A DNA stretch of 63,743 nucleotides, the filler included, from Octopus bimaculoides (Eukaryota): NCBI RefSeq assembly GCF_001194135.2. It is 6 parts of 6 records of this genome, joined end to end, with 100 filler letters (N's around TTAATTAATTAA, not from the genome) between each part and the next. Parts side by side here need not be neighbours in the genome. Positions count along the whole stretch, not along the records: positions 40,632 to 57,293 come from NC_069002.1; positions 57,394 to 59,447 come from NW_026417013.1; positions 59,548 to 62,344 come from NW_026376398.1; positions 62,445 to 63,743 come from NW_026414713.1; 2 more parts are not named here. The stretch is one strand, 5' to 3'. A model generated the notes under the pieces. It had not been told where the DNA came from. It worked only from the letters and a program-made list of their open reading frames with translations, and ran no database searches. The position numbers and the translations under genes are program-made. Within the stretch, counting starts at the first letter, position 1, and every line of letters begins with the position of its first letter. Shown here in pieces: positions 51,897 to 63,743 of the stretch.

Positions 51897-53649
51897 CGTT
51901 TCGCCGTGAATGGAGTAAAGATAATGTACGATGACATTCCGCCGCCGAGGTAGACGAAGAAAATAATAAAGTCGGTGTAAGTGATGATGAAGATGATGAT
52001 GATGATGAGGATGAAGATGAAGATGATGATGATAATAAAGATGATGATGATACTAATGATGATGACAACCGCGATGATGATGATACTGGTGGTTGGGTGG
52101 CTGTGACAACAACTGGTGGATCCACTCGCACTTCTACGCCACCTGCACCATCGGCCTCAATTCTAGTTTCACTTTCACTTTCAGCCTCTGGGTCGTCACA
52201 TGGCGTCGGTCCTGCCGCTGCCGCCGCCACCGCCGATGCGGCTGCCGCGGCCGCTGCCGCCACGGCTGATTCATAGGCCTCATGTATACAGGTGGACGGC
52301 AGCTTTCCGTCCCGAAGCAGCCATGGACCAGCTGACCAATCAACCAGTCTCTGTGTGTTTAAGGCAGTCCCCATTGCAGCCGAAGAAAGCGGCGAAAGTT
52401 CATTATCCTTTAAGTCCGGGTGTAAATTCGGCTCCGTATAGATGTTATAACCTCCTCTAGCGGAACTCGAACCCACCGCCCTGGCCACTACTTCGGAAGC
52501 TGTTGGGTTTATGTTTAACGCAGAGTTTTTCGAGTTTGTATTGTTTGTGACTGTCCCCGGGCCAACAGAGCAATTACTTTTATTTATCAGCGGAGATACG
52601 CAGTTCAGTCTACGTCCGGGCCCGAACGAATAACCCGGTGGTGCTGTCACGAGCACTGGATGGAGAAAACTTGACGCGCCCATTACGATCCTTGCGTTGG
52701 CAGGTTTTTCAGCCCCTCTAAATTTAGTAGGGCTGAGGATATCATCAACAGAAAAGGCTGTCGGTTGCCGCATGGCAGTCTTGTTGAGTCCCTGAGATAA
52801 TGGCGACCTTTCTAAATCCTCTTCTCCAGGGTTTGCTGTATGCTTTAGGCCCCCTGTTATCGGGTTTGCGGCGTCCCTCGTCTCATAATTACTCAGATCC
52901 GATACGGAGTTACTAAAGTCCATAGACTGATTTCGAACACGGTTTCTTTTCCGTGGGTGTATCTCACCCAAAGAATAACTTTGGCTAATGCTAAACGCAG
53001 TCCTTGGAAATTTGTTTTTATAATTGTTGTTGTTGTGGTTGTTGTTTGATTTGTTATTATTATTACTACTGCTACCGTTGCTGCCGTTGTTGCTATTGTT
53101 ACAGCTTACGTTGTTGTTGTTGTTGGCATGCCTGTGCCGCACCAGTTCATTAGCTGCTATAGAATCATTCGAACCGGTGATCGGATGATTGCCGGCCAAG
53201 CTTGTCTCGTTGGCCAGCGATGTGCTAAAGATATTCTGGTAGTGCTGCTCTCCATAAAGTCGAGGTTTCGCGCCGTTGTTGCGGACGCTGGCCTCTTCAG
53301 TGACGTCCACGTTAATGTTGACGTCCGCGTCATCATTGCTGTCATCAGTAGGTACCACGACCAACGTCTCCTCCTCCTCCTCCTCCTCTTCCACCACTTC
53401 GCCGTCTTCTCCTTCTTCCTCTACTTCCACCTCTTCCTCTTCTTCTTCTTCTTCCTCCTCTTCTTCCACTTCTTCTACTTCTACTGCTACTGCCACTTCC
53501 TCCTCCCCCTCCTCTTCCTCCTCCTCCCCTTCCCCTTCTTCTTCTTCTTCTTCCTCTACCTCTTCCTCTTCACCTTCTTCACCCTCACCGCTGTCTCCTG
53601 CCCCACCGTTGTCATTGTCACTTGTTCGGACATCGTCACTGGCCACCAT
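51897..53649 (-). CDS. NK1: First coding exon (584 codons + 1 nt) of a probable ANTP/NK-class homeobox transcription repressor, best guess NK1/slouch; homeobox exon not seen in window
   Basis: Stop-free for 1.75 kb in non-gap sequence. First ATG at 53649 in strong context (ATAATGG), in-frame stop upstream at 53716-53718; the track's 53676 start is a TTG. Ends at canonical donor AACG|GTAAGT (phase 1). Encodes eh1/TN motif PTAFSVDDILSPTKF; FSVxDILxPxKF matches my recollection of NK1 (FSVLDILDPNKF), while FSVxDILSP also resembles NK2.1. Gene identity is inference; coding status is better supported. Confidence 0.7.
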
Positions 53650-54615
53650 TATTACGGCACGGTTTTCTGGTAGCAAAATGTTCGGTTCAACGATGACATT
53701 GGAAGCAATGTGGTGTCACCGTCGTCGTCGTCGTCGTCGTCCTCGTCGACGTCACCGTCTTCGAATTCGTTGCTGTTGTTGTTGTTGTCGTCGTTTTACT
53801 TGTTANNNNNNNNNNNNNNNNNNNNNNNNNNNNNNNNNNNNNNNNNNNNNNNNNNNNNNNNNNNNNNNNNNNNNNNNNNNNNNNNNNNNNNNNNNNNNNN
53901 NNNNNNNNNNNNNNNNNNNNNNNNNNNNNNNNNNNNNNNNNNNNNNNNNNNNNNNNNNNNNNNNNNNNNNNNNNNNNNNNNNNNNNNNNNNNNNNNNNNN
54001 NNNNNNNNNNNNNNNNNNNNNNNNNNNNNNNNNNNNNNNNNNNNNNNNNNNNNNNNNNNNNNNNNNNNNNNNNNNNNNNNNNNNNNNNNNNNNNNNNNNN
54101 NNNNNNNNNNNNNNNNNNNNNNNNNNNNNNNNNNNNNNNNNNNNNNNNNNNNNNNNNNNNNNNNNNNNNNNNNNNNNNNNNNNNNNNNNNNNNNNNNNNN
54201 NNNNNNNNNNNNNNNNNNNNNNNNNNNNNNNNNNNNNNNNNNNNNNNNNNNNNNNNNNNNNNNNNNNNNNNNNNNNNNNNNNNNNNNNNNNNNNNNNNNN
54301 NNNNNNNNNNNNNNNNNNNNNNNNNNNNNNNNNNNNNNNNNNNNNNNNNNNNNNNNNNNNNNNNNNNNNNNNNNNNNNNNNNNNNNNNNNNNNNNNNNNN
54401 NNNNNNNNNNNNNNNNNNNNNNNNNNNNNNNNNNNNNNNNNNNNNNNNNNNNNNNNNNNNNNNNNNNNNNNNNNNNNNNNNNNNNNNNNNNNNNNNNNNN
54501 NNNNNNNNNNNNNNNNNNNNNNNNNNNNNNNNNNNNNNNNNNNNNNNNNNNNNNNNNNNNNNNNNNNNNNNNNNNNNNNNNNNNNNNNNNNNNNNTGGGA
54601 ATTTTGTACTTGTTC

Positions 54616-54650
<35 letters not shown>

Positions 54651-54710
54651 GGTGGTGGTGCCTTTTCTCTTTAAATCAAATGATAGTTAATTAATGTGCG
54701 ATTGCATGTT

Positions 54711-54757
<47 letters not shown>

Positions 54758-54999
54758 ACAGTGGATCTAATGCGTGTTTATTGATAATTGCATGTATGTG
54801 TATATATATATATGAATTTTAGAGCATGCGTATAATCGTATGCGCATGCGTGGAGAGAGGCATGCATGCAAGCATGTATATATGTAAAAATTAAATCTAA
54901 AATTAATTCCGTGAAATTTCCAATACACGTATGTATGTACGAGTGTATGTATATGTATGTATATGCATGTATGTATATATATATATGTACGTATGTATG

Positions 55000-55032
<33 letters not shown>

Positions 55033-55226
55033 CTATATTTGTATGTATGTATGTATATGCATATATGTATGTATGTGTGTATGTGTATATTTATGCATGT
55101 ATATATATGTATGTATTTATGAATGTATATGTATGTATTTATGTATATATATATATATGTATGTGCGAGTATGTATGTATCTGTGTGTATCTATGTATGT
55201 GCGTGTATGTGTGTATGTATGTACGT

Positions 55227-55291
<65 letters not shown>

Positions 55292-55844
55292 GGATATATG
55301 TATATGCGTGTGGATATATGCGTTTGCGTACGCGTGTTTACACAGAATTACAACAACGAAAATTCTTCAAATATTAATTGATCACACTTATTTTCCTCCA
55401 CGTGAATTATTTGCATAAAATTACTTCACAAAATAGTCGGCATCTTGTTGTTGTTGTTGTTATTGTTATAGTCGTGGTTGTTACGACTATTATTACTGTT
55501 GTTGATATTGTACTTACTTTTGTTGTTGTTTTTATATTACGTATATTTCATTTCCGGTTTTTTTCTTATTTTTATTACTCTGTTCTTGAATTTCTGAAGT
55601 ATCGTTGTTGTTGCTTTTGTTGCTGATGTAGTAGCAGTAGTAGTAGTAGTTGTAGTAGTAGTAGTAGTAGTAGTATTAGTATTAGTAGTAGTAGTAGTAG
55701 TAATGGCTGCTGTTTTCTCCAAAGTAATGTTTTGTTTTCCTTTTTTTTTTTTTTTCTTGACAAGATTTAGTTTCAGTTTCAATTCCGAACTTACAGCTGC
55801 TGCTGCTGCTGCTACTACTACTACACCTGCTGCTGTTGCAATCC

Positions 55845-55877
<33 letters not shown>

Positions 55878-56041
55878 TTGATGATGATTATGATGATACT
55901 GCTCGCTGTTGTTGTCGTTATTACTTTTGTTGTTATGGTAACCGATACAGGTTCTCTTTAAAATGATCTTTTTTTTTTTGCTCCTCGTGTCAACACAAAT
56001 TTATATTTATATAAATAAAATTTTATAATTATTATTATTAC

Positions 56042-56079
<38 letters not shown>

Positions 56080-56288
56080 GTTATTATTGTAGATTTTGTT
56101 CTTGTTGCTTTCGTAATTTTCTTCTCTGTAAATTCTTTTTGTTTTTGTTAGTTTTTTGGGGGGGTTTTTTCGATTTCCAGGTTGCGATTTGGGACTTGTT
56201 GTTTTTTTTTTATTAGCGTACTTGTCACCGTTTATGCAGATGATATTACTGTTGTTGTTATTGTTGTTGATGCTGATGGTGATGATGA

Positions 56289-56321
<33 letters not shown>

Positions 56322-56539
56322 CATTGCTGTTATTCTTCGTGTATTTGTTAGGGAATCTTGTTTACCGTATCCAATGCGTCTCCTCATTCATGTGCCAGTC
56401 GCTGTTGTTGTTGTTATTATTATTGTTGTTGTTGTTGATAAACAAAAGTAAAAAACAAACAAAAGTAAAGAGAGAAAGAACAGAGTAAAATGAAAGAGAG
56501 AGAGAAGAAAAAAAAACAAACAAAGAAGAAGAGAAAGCA

Positions 56540-57110
56540 GGATTGAAGGTAATAAAATATGGAAGACCAATAACAGAGAAGAAGGAAGAAACAAACTTAT
56601 TTCCCTGTGGCCGCTGTTATGTCACTCCGTCTCATGTAGAGGCTTCAGCTTCAAGATCTCTCCTCCACCTCTTCCTCCGCCTCCTCCTGCTGCTGCTGCT
56701 CTCCCCTGCTACAGTACATGCATCTCCTCCTCCTCCTCCTCCTCGTCCTTTTCCTCTTCGTTCTTCTCCTCCTGCTCCTCCTCCGTTGCTTCCTATTACT
56801 GCTATTATACTTCCCAACGAGTCGGCTGCACGCGCGTTCTTTCCCCGCAGCTCGTGTTTCTTTTCTGCCACCATTTTGCCAAAGATTTGCCTTGCTCTCC
56901 TCATTCTACCTCTACACTTTCTCTCTCTCTCTATCTCTCTCTCTCTCTCTCTTTTGTTCCCCCTACTTCTGTCTCATCCTTTCTCACACCCCTTCTCTCT
57001 CAGAATGACTCTCCCATCACACACATTTTTTTATACGTCAAGATATCTATCGCTCTCCCTTTCTCCCTCACACTCTCCTATTCTCTCTCCACGCCATATA
57101 TACATGGATG
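56540..57110 (-). promoter_or_regulatory. Candidate promoter / 5' UTR region of the eh1-containing gene
   Basis: GC/CpG-richer unique stretch with (CCT)n/(CTG)n next to long (CT)n (GAGA-type) tracts, about 3 kb upstream of the ATG on the same scaffold block. Positional inference only. Confidence 0.25.
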
Positions 57111-57201
57111 TATATATATATATACACATAAGAATATATATGCTTACATATATATCTATATATGTATATCCATTATCCGAGTAGTTCTCTCTCTCTCTCT
57201 C

Positions 57202-57232
<31 letters not shown>

Positions 57233-57393
57233 CCCTCTCTCTCTCTCTACACACACACATGTATGTATGTACATATATATATATATATATATANNNNNNN
57301 NNNNNNNNNNNNNNNNNNNNNNNNNNNNNNNNNNNNNTTAATTAATTAANNNNNNNNNNNNNNNNNNNNNNNNNNNNNNNNNNNNNNNNNNNN

Positions 57394-57730
57394 ATGTATG
57401 ATGATGATGATGATGATAATGATGATGATGATCATGATCATGATCATGACGACAACAACAATGATGATGAGGAGGAGGAGAAGGAGGATGATAAATGACA
57501 ACGGTGATGATCATAATTATGATGACGAAGACAACAATGATGACAGGACGATAATGATGACAACAATGGCGACAATGATGATGATGATGATGATGAGGAG
57601 GATAATGATGATGATGTTGATTATAATGATGATGACAACGATGATGATGATGATGATGATTATAATGATGATAACAATCACAATGAAAATGACAACGATG
57701 ACGATGATGATGATAGTGGTGCTGATGACA
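57394..57730. repeat. Degenerate (GAT/GAC/AAT)n trinucleotide tract
   Basis: Directly visible; the D/E-rich frame is broken by stops. Confidence 0.85.
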
Positions 57731-58935
57731 ACAAAGAGGAGGAGTGTTGCTTAAAGCTCTTCCCTCTGTTAAACAGTCTGTTCACATCTGTTTGTTTGCC
57801 CACTTTTTACTTCCATTTTTTTCTTGTCATGCAAATATGGGTTAGATGACTACATTACTGAAGCATTTGTTTTTTCCAGCTAGACACCCTCTCCTCTTGC
57901 TAACCCTTATCTCTTTCCCAAGTAAGACGTCTTATATTTCATTTCTTTGAAGGTACAAAACCAATGGATGATTTCTTGGTAGAACCAACCACAACAACAA
58001 CAACAACANNNNNNNNNNNNNNNNNNNNNNNNNNNNNNNNNNNNNNNNNNNNNNNNNNNNNNNNNNNNNNNNNNNNNNNNNNNNNNNNNNNNNNNNNNNN
58101 NNNNNNNNNNNNNNNNNNNNNNNNNNNNNNNNNNNNNNNNNNNNNNNNNNNNNNNNNNNNNNNNNNNNNNNNNNNNNNNNNNNNNNNNNNNNNNNNNNNN
58201 NNNNNNNNNNNNNNNNNNNNNNNNNNNNNNNNNNNNNNNNNNNNNNNNNNNNNNNNNNNNNNNNNNNNNNNNNNNNNNNNNNNNNNNNNNNNNNNNNNNN
58301 NNNNNNNNNNNNNNNNNNNNNNNNNNNNNNNNNNNNNNNNNNNNNNNNNNNNNNNNNNNNNNNNNNNNNNNNNNNNNNNNNNNNNNNNNNNNNNNNNNNN
58401 NNNNNNNNNNNNNNNNNNNNNNNNNNNNNNNNNNNNNNNNNNNNNNNNNNNNNNNNNNNNNNNNNNNNNNNNNNNNNNNNNNNNNNNNNNNNNNNNNNNN
58501 NNNNNNNNNNNNNNNNNNNNNNNNNNNNNNNNNNNNNNNNNNNNNNNNNNNNNNNNNNNNNNNNNNNNNNNNNNNNNNNNNNNNNNNNNNNNNNNNNNNN
58601 NNNNNNNNNNNNNNNNNNNNNNNNNNNNNNNNNNNNNNNNNNNNNNNNNNNNNNNNNNNNNNNNNNNNNNNNNNNNNNNNNNNNNNNNNNNNNNNNNNNN
58701 NNNNNNNNNNNNNNNNNNNNNNNNNNNNNNNNNNNNNNNNNNNNNNNNNNNNNNNNNNNNNNNNNNNNNNNNNNNNNNNNNNNNNNNNNNNNNNNNNNNN
58801 NNNNNNNNNNNNGTGATGCATAGAGGAACTTAATCTGAACCCATCTTGGTGAGAAACAAACTTCCTCCATCACACAGCTTCTTCTTCAGTTTGTTCATTT
58901 GCATATCATTTGCATATTGTTTGCATGTCATTTAA

Positions 58936-59307
58936 CCCTTTCACATTCAGATTAAATTATCAAATATAATGCTTTTATATTTTACTTGTTTCAGTCATTA
59001 GACTGTGGCCATGATGCAGCACGACCTTATGAATATACTATAAAACATAAAAATGTTCCTGTGCTGGGAATTGAACATGGGGTGCCTAGGTGAAAGCCAG
59101 AAACCCTAACCATTATCCCACATGGAATTTATCCAAATTTTTAAAGATTAATCATGTATTATCTTGTAGATTCAAGATGTTGAAGATGTGATTGCTTATT
59201 TTTAGAATGACAGTGTGGGGTAGGTGTGACTGGCTGGATCTGACCTGTTTGAACATAAAGCAGATAGAATATTTGGGCTGGGTATGGCCAGTTTAAATGC
59301 TAAAGGG
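58936..59307. mobile_element. piggyBac-like MITE with internal insertions
   Basis: TTAA|CCCTTTCACATT...AATGCTAAAGGG|TTAA. Confidence 0.75.
59056..59126 (-). pseudogene. tRNA-Glu(TTC) pseudogene
   Basis: TCCATGTGGGATAATGGTTAGGGTTTCTGGCTTTCACCTAGGCACCCCATGTTCAATTCCCAGCACAGGAA aligns along its length to recalled metazoan tRNA-Glu(TTC); stems are mismatched. Confidence 0.65.
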
Positions 59308-59554
59308 TTAAAGTAGTGATGGTCGGGTGGTGTAGTGTTGAGGTATATTGTCAATGTGTGTCTTTATAAAAAAAAATACTAGAATAGAAGACAATGTATT
59401 AAGAAATTTAACTGACATTGTGTACATTATGCTATTTCCCCTGCCTCNNNNNNNNNNNNNNNNNNNNNNNNNNNNNNNNNNNNNNNNNNNNTTAATTAAT
59501 TAANNNNNNNNNNNNNNNNNNNNNNNNNNNNNNNNNNNNNNNNNNNNTGATTGC

Positions 59555-59960
59555 AAAGCTACATATGAACAGCATTTTTTTTTGTCTCCCCATTCGGGGT
59601 CAGTACAAACAGCTTGTTTCCATTCCCGACCCTTGAACAACCAACATAGAGCTGGTTGTAAGAAAAACCAGGGTTCCATCAGATGAAGCCCAGTCACTTT
59701 CAATGATTGTCCTTGGGACTTCTTGACTGACATTGCATTAGCTCACTCTCACTGGAAACTAAAGTCTTTTGAACTCAAAAGGAAGATCTGGAGGAACTAA
59801 AGGGTTTCTTGGAATTAAAACTCTTTCCTCTTTTACCAAACCAGTAAGGATCTCTGCTTCCAAGAGATGAGGAAGCATCTTCTTGACAATGAACCTTCTT
59901 CCATTACAAAGCTTTGGAGGAAACAGATTTCTCAATAGCATAACTGTCACATTTCAGGTC
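59555..59960 (-). pseudogene. Helitron/PIF1-like helicase C-terminal relic
   Basis: VMLLRNLFPPKLCNGRR...LIPRNPLVPPDLPFEFKRL, then KSQGQSLKVTGLHL and, after a frameshift, QLYVGCSRVG. Confidence 0.85.
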
Positions 59961-59971
59961 TGCATGGTTTT

Positions 59972-60046
59972 GAAGTACAGATGTCAGAAGTACAGATGTC
60001 AGAAGTACAGATGTCAGAAGTACAGATGTCAGAAGTACAGATGTCA
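59972..60046. repeat. Perfect minisatellite, 5 x 15 bp GAAGTACAGATGTCA
   Basis: Directly visible; no spacers. Confidence 0.95.
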
Positions 60047-60231
60047 GATGAAAGTTGTGACTTACTGTGCGCTTCCGACTGGTTAAACTTTGCACATGTC
60101 ATCACTCTTATCAGTGGATGGAATGACAAACGTGGTCACCAGAAATAGATAACTGTACGTCCTTGGGTTACGGTCATATACCCACGTACAACACAAATGC
60201 TACGCTCTGAGTCTTCGTTATTACTACCCAG

Positions 60232-60297
<66 letters not shown>

Positions 60298-61180
60298 NNN
60301 NNNNNNNNNNNNNNNNNNNNNNNNNNNNNNNNNNNNNNNNNNNNNNNNNNNNNNNNNNNNNNNNNNNNNNNNNNNNNNNNNNNNNNNNNNNNNNNNNNNN
60401 NNNNNNNNNNNNNNNNNNNNNNNNNNNNNNNNNNNNNNNNNNNNNNNNNNNNNNNNNNNNNNNNNNNNNNNNNNNNNNNNNNNNNNNNNNNNNNNNNNNN
60501 NNNNNNNNNNNNNNNNNNNNNNNNNNNNNNNNNNNNNNNNNNNNNNNNNNNNNNNNNNNNNNNNNNNNNNNNNNNNNNNNNNNNNNNNNNNNNNNNNNNN
60601 NNNNNNNNNNNNNNNNNNNNNNNNNNNNNNNNNNNNNNNNNNNNNNNNNNNNNNNNNNNNNNNNNNNNNNNNNNNNNNNNNNNNNNNNNNNNNNNNNNNN
60701 NNNNNNNNNNNNNNNNNNNNNNNNNNNNNNNNNNNNNNNNNNNNNNNNNNNNNNNNNNNNNNNNNNNNNNNNNNNNNNNNNNNNNNNNNNNNNNNNNNNN
60801 NNNNNNNNNNNNNNNNNNNNNNNNNNNNNNNNNNNNNNNNNNNNNNNNNNNNNNNNNNNNNNNNNNNNNNNNNNNNNNNNNNNNNNNNNNNNNNNNNNNN
60901 NNNNNNNNNNNNNNNNNNNNNNNNNNNNNNNNNNNNNNNNNNNNNNNNNNNNNNNNNNNNNNNNNNNNNNNNNNNNNNNNNNNNNNNNNNNNNNNNNNNN
61001 NNNNNNNNNNNNNNNNNNNNNNNNNNNNNNNNNNNNNNNNNNNNNNNNNNNNNNNNNNNNNNNNNNNNNNNNNNNNNNNNNNNNNNNNNNNNNNNNNNNN
61101 NNNNNNNNNNNNNNNNNNNNNNNNNNNNNNNNNNNNNNNNNNNNNNNNNNNNNNNNNNNNNNNNNNNNNNNNNNNNNNNN

Positions 61181-61345
61181 TATATACGGCAGGCTTCTTT
61201 CAGTTTCCGTCTACCAAAGCCACTCACAAGACTTTGGTCGGTCCGAGGCTATAGTAAAAGACACAATCCCAAAGTGTCACACAGTGGGACTGAACTCGGA
61301 ATCATATGATTGAGAAGCAAGCTTCTTACCTCGCAGCCACGCCTA
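61181..61345 (-). mobile_element. SINE family A, 5' half
   Basis: Family A head and CORE-like block. Confidence 0.85.
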
Positions 61346-61393
61346 GCTTTTTTATTATACTTTTCATCTGTTTCCATGTCCCGTATATACATT

Positions 61394-61425
<32 letters not shown>

Positions 61426-61497
61426 TATATATACACACATGTATATACACATGTATATATAACTAGACCCAAAGATATACTGATATATAAGTGTGTT

Positions 61498-61538
<41 letters not shown>

Positions 61539-61795
61539 GTATGGTCAGTTATCGTCTTAGAAAACGTATACATGATTGGTTAGGTGAGTGTGCGTGTATA
61601 CATGTGTATGGATACGTATAACTTGTCACAGATGTACAATGCATATATATATGAGCAAGTGTATATATACATGTATGTATATATAACTAGTCACAGAAGT
61701 ACAATGCGTATATACGATCAAGTGTATATATATATATATATATATATTTGTATGACCAGTGATGGAAATATACTGCGTATATATGAAAAAGTATG

Positions 61796-61839
<44 letters not shown>

Positions 61840-63646
61840 CATACATATATGTATATGTGGGTATTTGTGTGTGTGTGTGTGCGTGTGTGTGTGAATATAG
61901 GTAGTCACCGATGCACGATGTGTATATGCAAGTGTACATACGTATGTACAGGTAGTCAAAGATGTTGGCTGTGTATGTTTGAGAATAAATACTTGTGCGT
62001 GTGTAGCCAGAGGCTGTGAATGAATTTCCTACTGAGAGACAAGATTCTTGTCAAGACATTCAGACATGTGTCAACGACAGATAGATGTCGCTGCTGCTGG
62101 TGGTGGTGTTGTTGTTTAGTGATACTGCAGTTAGAAGTGACGACGGTGGTGCTGGTGGAATCGGGGGAGCTGCTGTTAATGGTGTTGTTATTGGTGGCGG
62201 TGGTGATGGTGGCGATGTTGTTTGTGTTGTTGTTGCTGGTGGTGGTGGCGGAGGCGATGTTGTCTGTGGTGTTAGTGATGGTGGTGGCTGCGGTGATGGC
62301 TAATAGTGGCGATTGCCGTTGTTGTTTTTGTTGTTGTTATTGCTNNNNNNNNNNNNNNNNNNNNNNNNNNNNNNNNNNNNNNNNNNNNTTAATTAATTAA
62401 NNNNNNNNNNNNNNNNNNNNNNNNNNNNNNNNNNNNNNNNNNNNTGACTTAGTGGGACTTGAAATCAGAGTATGGAAAGCCGGAACATGGATCGAGAAGA
62501 CAAAGCAAGCCGTTCACTGGAGAAAGCATTGAGATTATTAGTTTCAATAATGTGTGTCGAAGAGATGGGATAAAACTGCCAAATAAGGGAGGTAACTAGT
62601 TGATCTTTGGACTTTTTTTTTTACTTTCAAGTATGAACGCAGACACACTACAAGATCCATATTTAGTAAATAAAATAAAATAAATTATCTCTCTCCATAT
62701 TCTAAAAAGAGATTTTCGCCCATTTCTGAAAGCTTACAAGGTGCTGCACATTATAAGTTTCTATCACTACCGTTCCATCCAGCAGCCTATTTTTACAACT
62801 ATCCTGATTAAATAAGGGTTGAAACTAAGTTTAAAAAGGTAGTGCTAAACAAAGAGTGTCCTCATTAATATGAAAGAAGTCAACAGAGCAAGAACCATTC
62901 TCTTACCCAGATCTGTTCTGGTGATAAAATACAGAATTAAAAAATATTCCTTTGTCTAGTGTTGGAAAAAGAAGTCATCCTTTTTATTGTTTTTTTCGAT
63001 ATGAATATTACTAAGAATGGCAAAGAGTGCTTTGTTCAGCAACTCTTATTTTTAAAACATACGATAAAATTATTTGTTACTTTGTATTTCATTAATTCGT
63101 CTCTGGGTGTTTAATGACCAATACATATTGTTCATTTTATATTGACACAAATTAATGTTTACTGGCTTCATCCCCATGATCCAGACTGGTCACTCAATTA
63201 ACGATAAAAAAGGACAAAAAGTAGAAGTGAATTTCTACGTATACATACGTGTGTGTATGCATATCTAAGAGTAATATAAATGATAATTCAGGCTAATAAT
63301 TATTCAAATTAATTGTAAAAAATATATTTCTATGAATACGAAATTTGATCAGTAAATCTTTAAAATAGAAGAGCATCTTGTCAAAACAACGCTAGACATT
63401 TAGACTCCAATTAAGATGTCACTGCAATTGTTGCTCAGACTCTAAAAACCCAACACAACCCACTTCATTCACCATTAGTTAATTACATGACATCTTTGAC
63501 AGAAAATATTCTACATGAAACGGATAATAACATTACACATCTTAAAGGTAATATAACAACACGAGCTTTGATTTAATGCTTAAAAGAAAATACTGAATTA
63601 ATTTTCGATAAAATTTCATGTGTTTTAATAGAGACTATTTAACTTC

Positions 63647-63743
63647 AAGGCGGCAAATTGGTTCAGTCGTTAGAATGTCGAGTAAGTGCTTTGCGATCCA
63701 TGTTCCGGCTTTCCATACTCTGATTTCAAGTCCCACTAAGTCA
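63647..63743 (+). mobile_element. Diverged SINE B-like head, cut by the window end
   Basis: AAGGCGGCAAATTGG...GTTAGAATG...CTCTGATTTCAAGTCCC parallels the family B head. Confidence 0.6.

Noticed and set aside
56632-56904. G/R-rich ORF as an upstream coding exon of the NK1-like gene
   Set aside because: Driven by CCT repeats, no good donor found, and the main exon has its own ATG after an in-frame stop.
57398-57754. Met-rich or Asp-rich ORF
   Set aside because: Trinucleotide repeat; the acidic frame contains stops.
59368-59375. CTAG as the Helitron 3' terminus
   Set aside because: No GC-rich hairpin nearby, and it is separated from the helicase relic by a synthetic join.
59972-60046. CRISPR-like direct repeats
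   Set aside because: Units are contiguous with no spacers, and the context is eukaryotic.
62040-62344. P/T/S-rich low-complexity segment as a coding exon
   Set aside because: Frames are broken by stops, no splice signals or recognisable domain, and it abuts a synthetic join.

Overview
AT-rich, microsatellite-dense eukaryotic genomic DNA with many N gaps. The repeat families resemble coleoid cephalopod (probably Octopus) repeats; this is an inference from recalled SINE/RTE sequences, not a database match. One clearly host-gene-like coding segment is present: a 1.75 kb minus-strand exon (ATG 53649 to a G|GTAAGT donor at 51897). It encodes an eh1/TN Groucho-binding motif (TAFSVDDILSPTKF, most like NK1/slouch) and very long poly-E, poly-N, poly-A and poly-S tracts. 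No homeobox exon was found in the readable sequence. The rest is a layered transposon archive: several tRNA-derived SINE families, RTE, CR1/L2-like and R4-like LINE relics, Penelope-like (GIY-YIG) relics, a solo LTR, mariner and Helitron relics, and hAT, piggyBac-like and Tigger-like MITEs, several with exact target-site duplications. The most unusual observation is two minimal hammerhead-ribozyme-like folds. One (32264-32309) lies inside a tRNA-headed SINE-like element, suggesting a Pol III SINE that borrows Penelope machinery. Five 44N-TTAATTAATTAA-44N blocks are synthetic assembly joins. Almost all short ORFs in the supplied track are repeat or gap artefacts. All analysis was by eye; family assignments are unverified.
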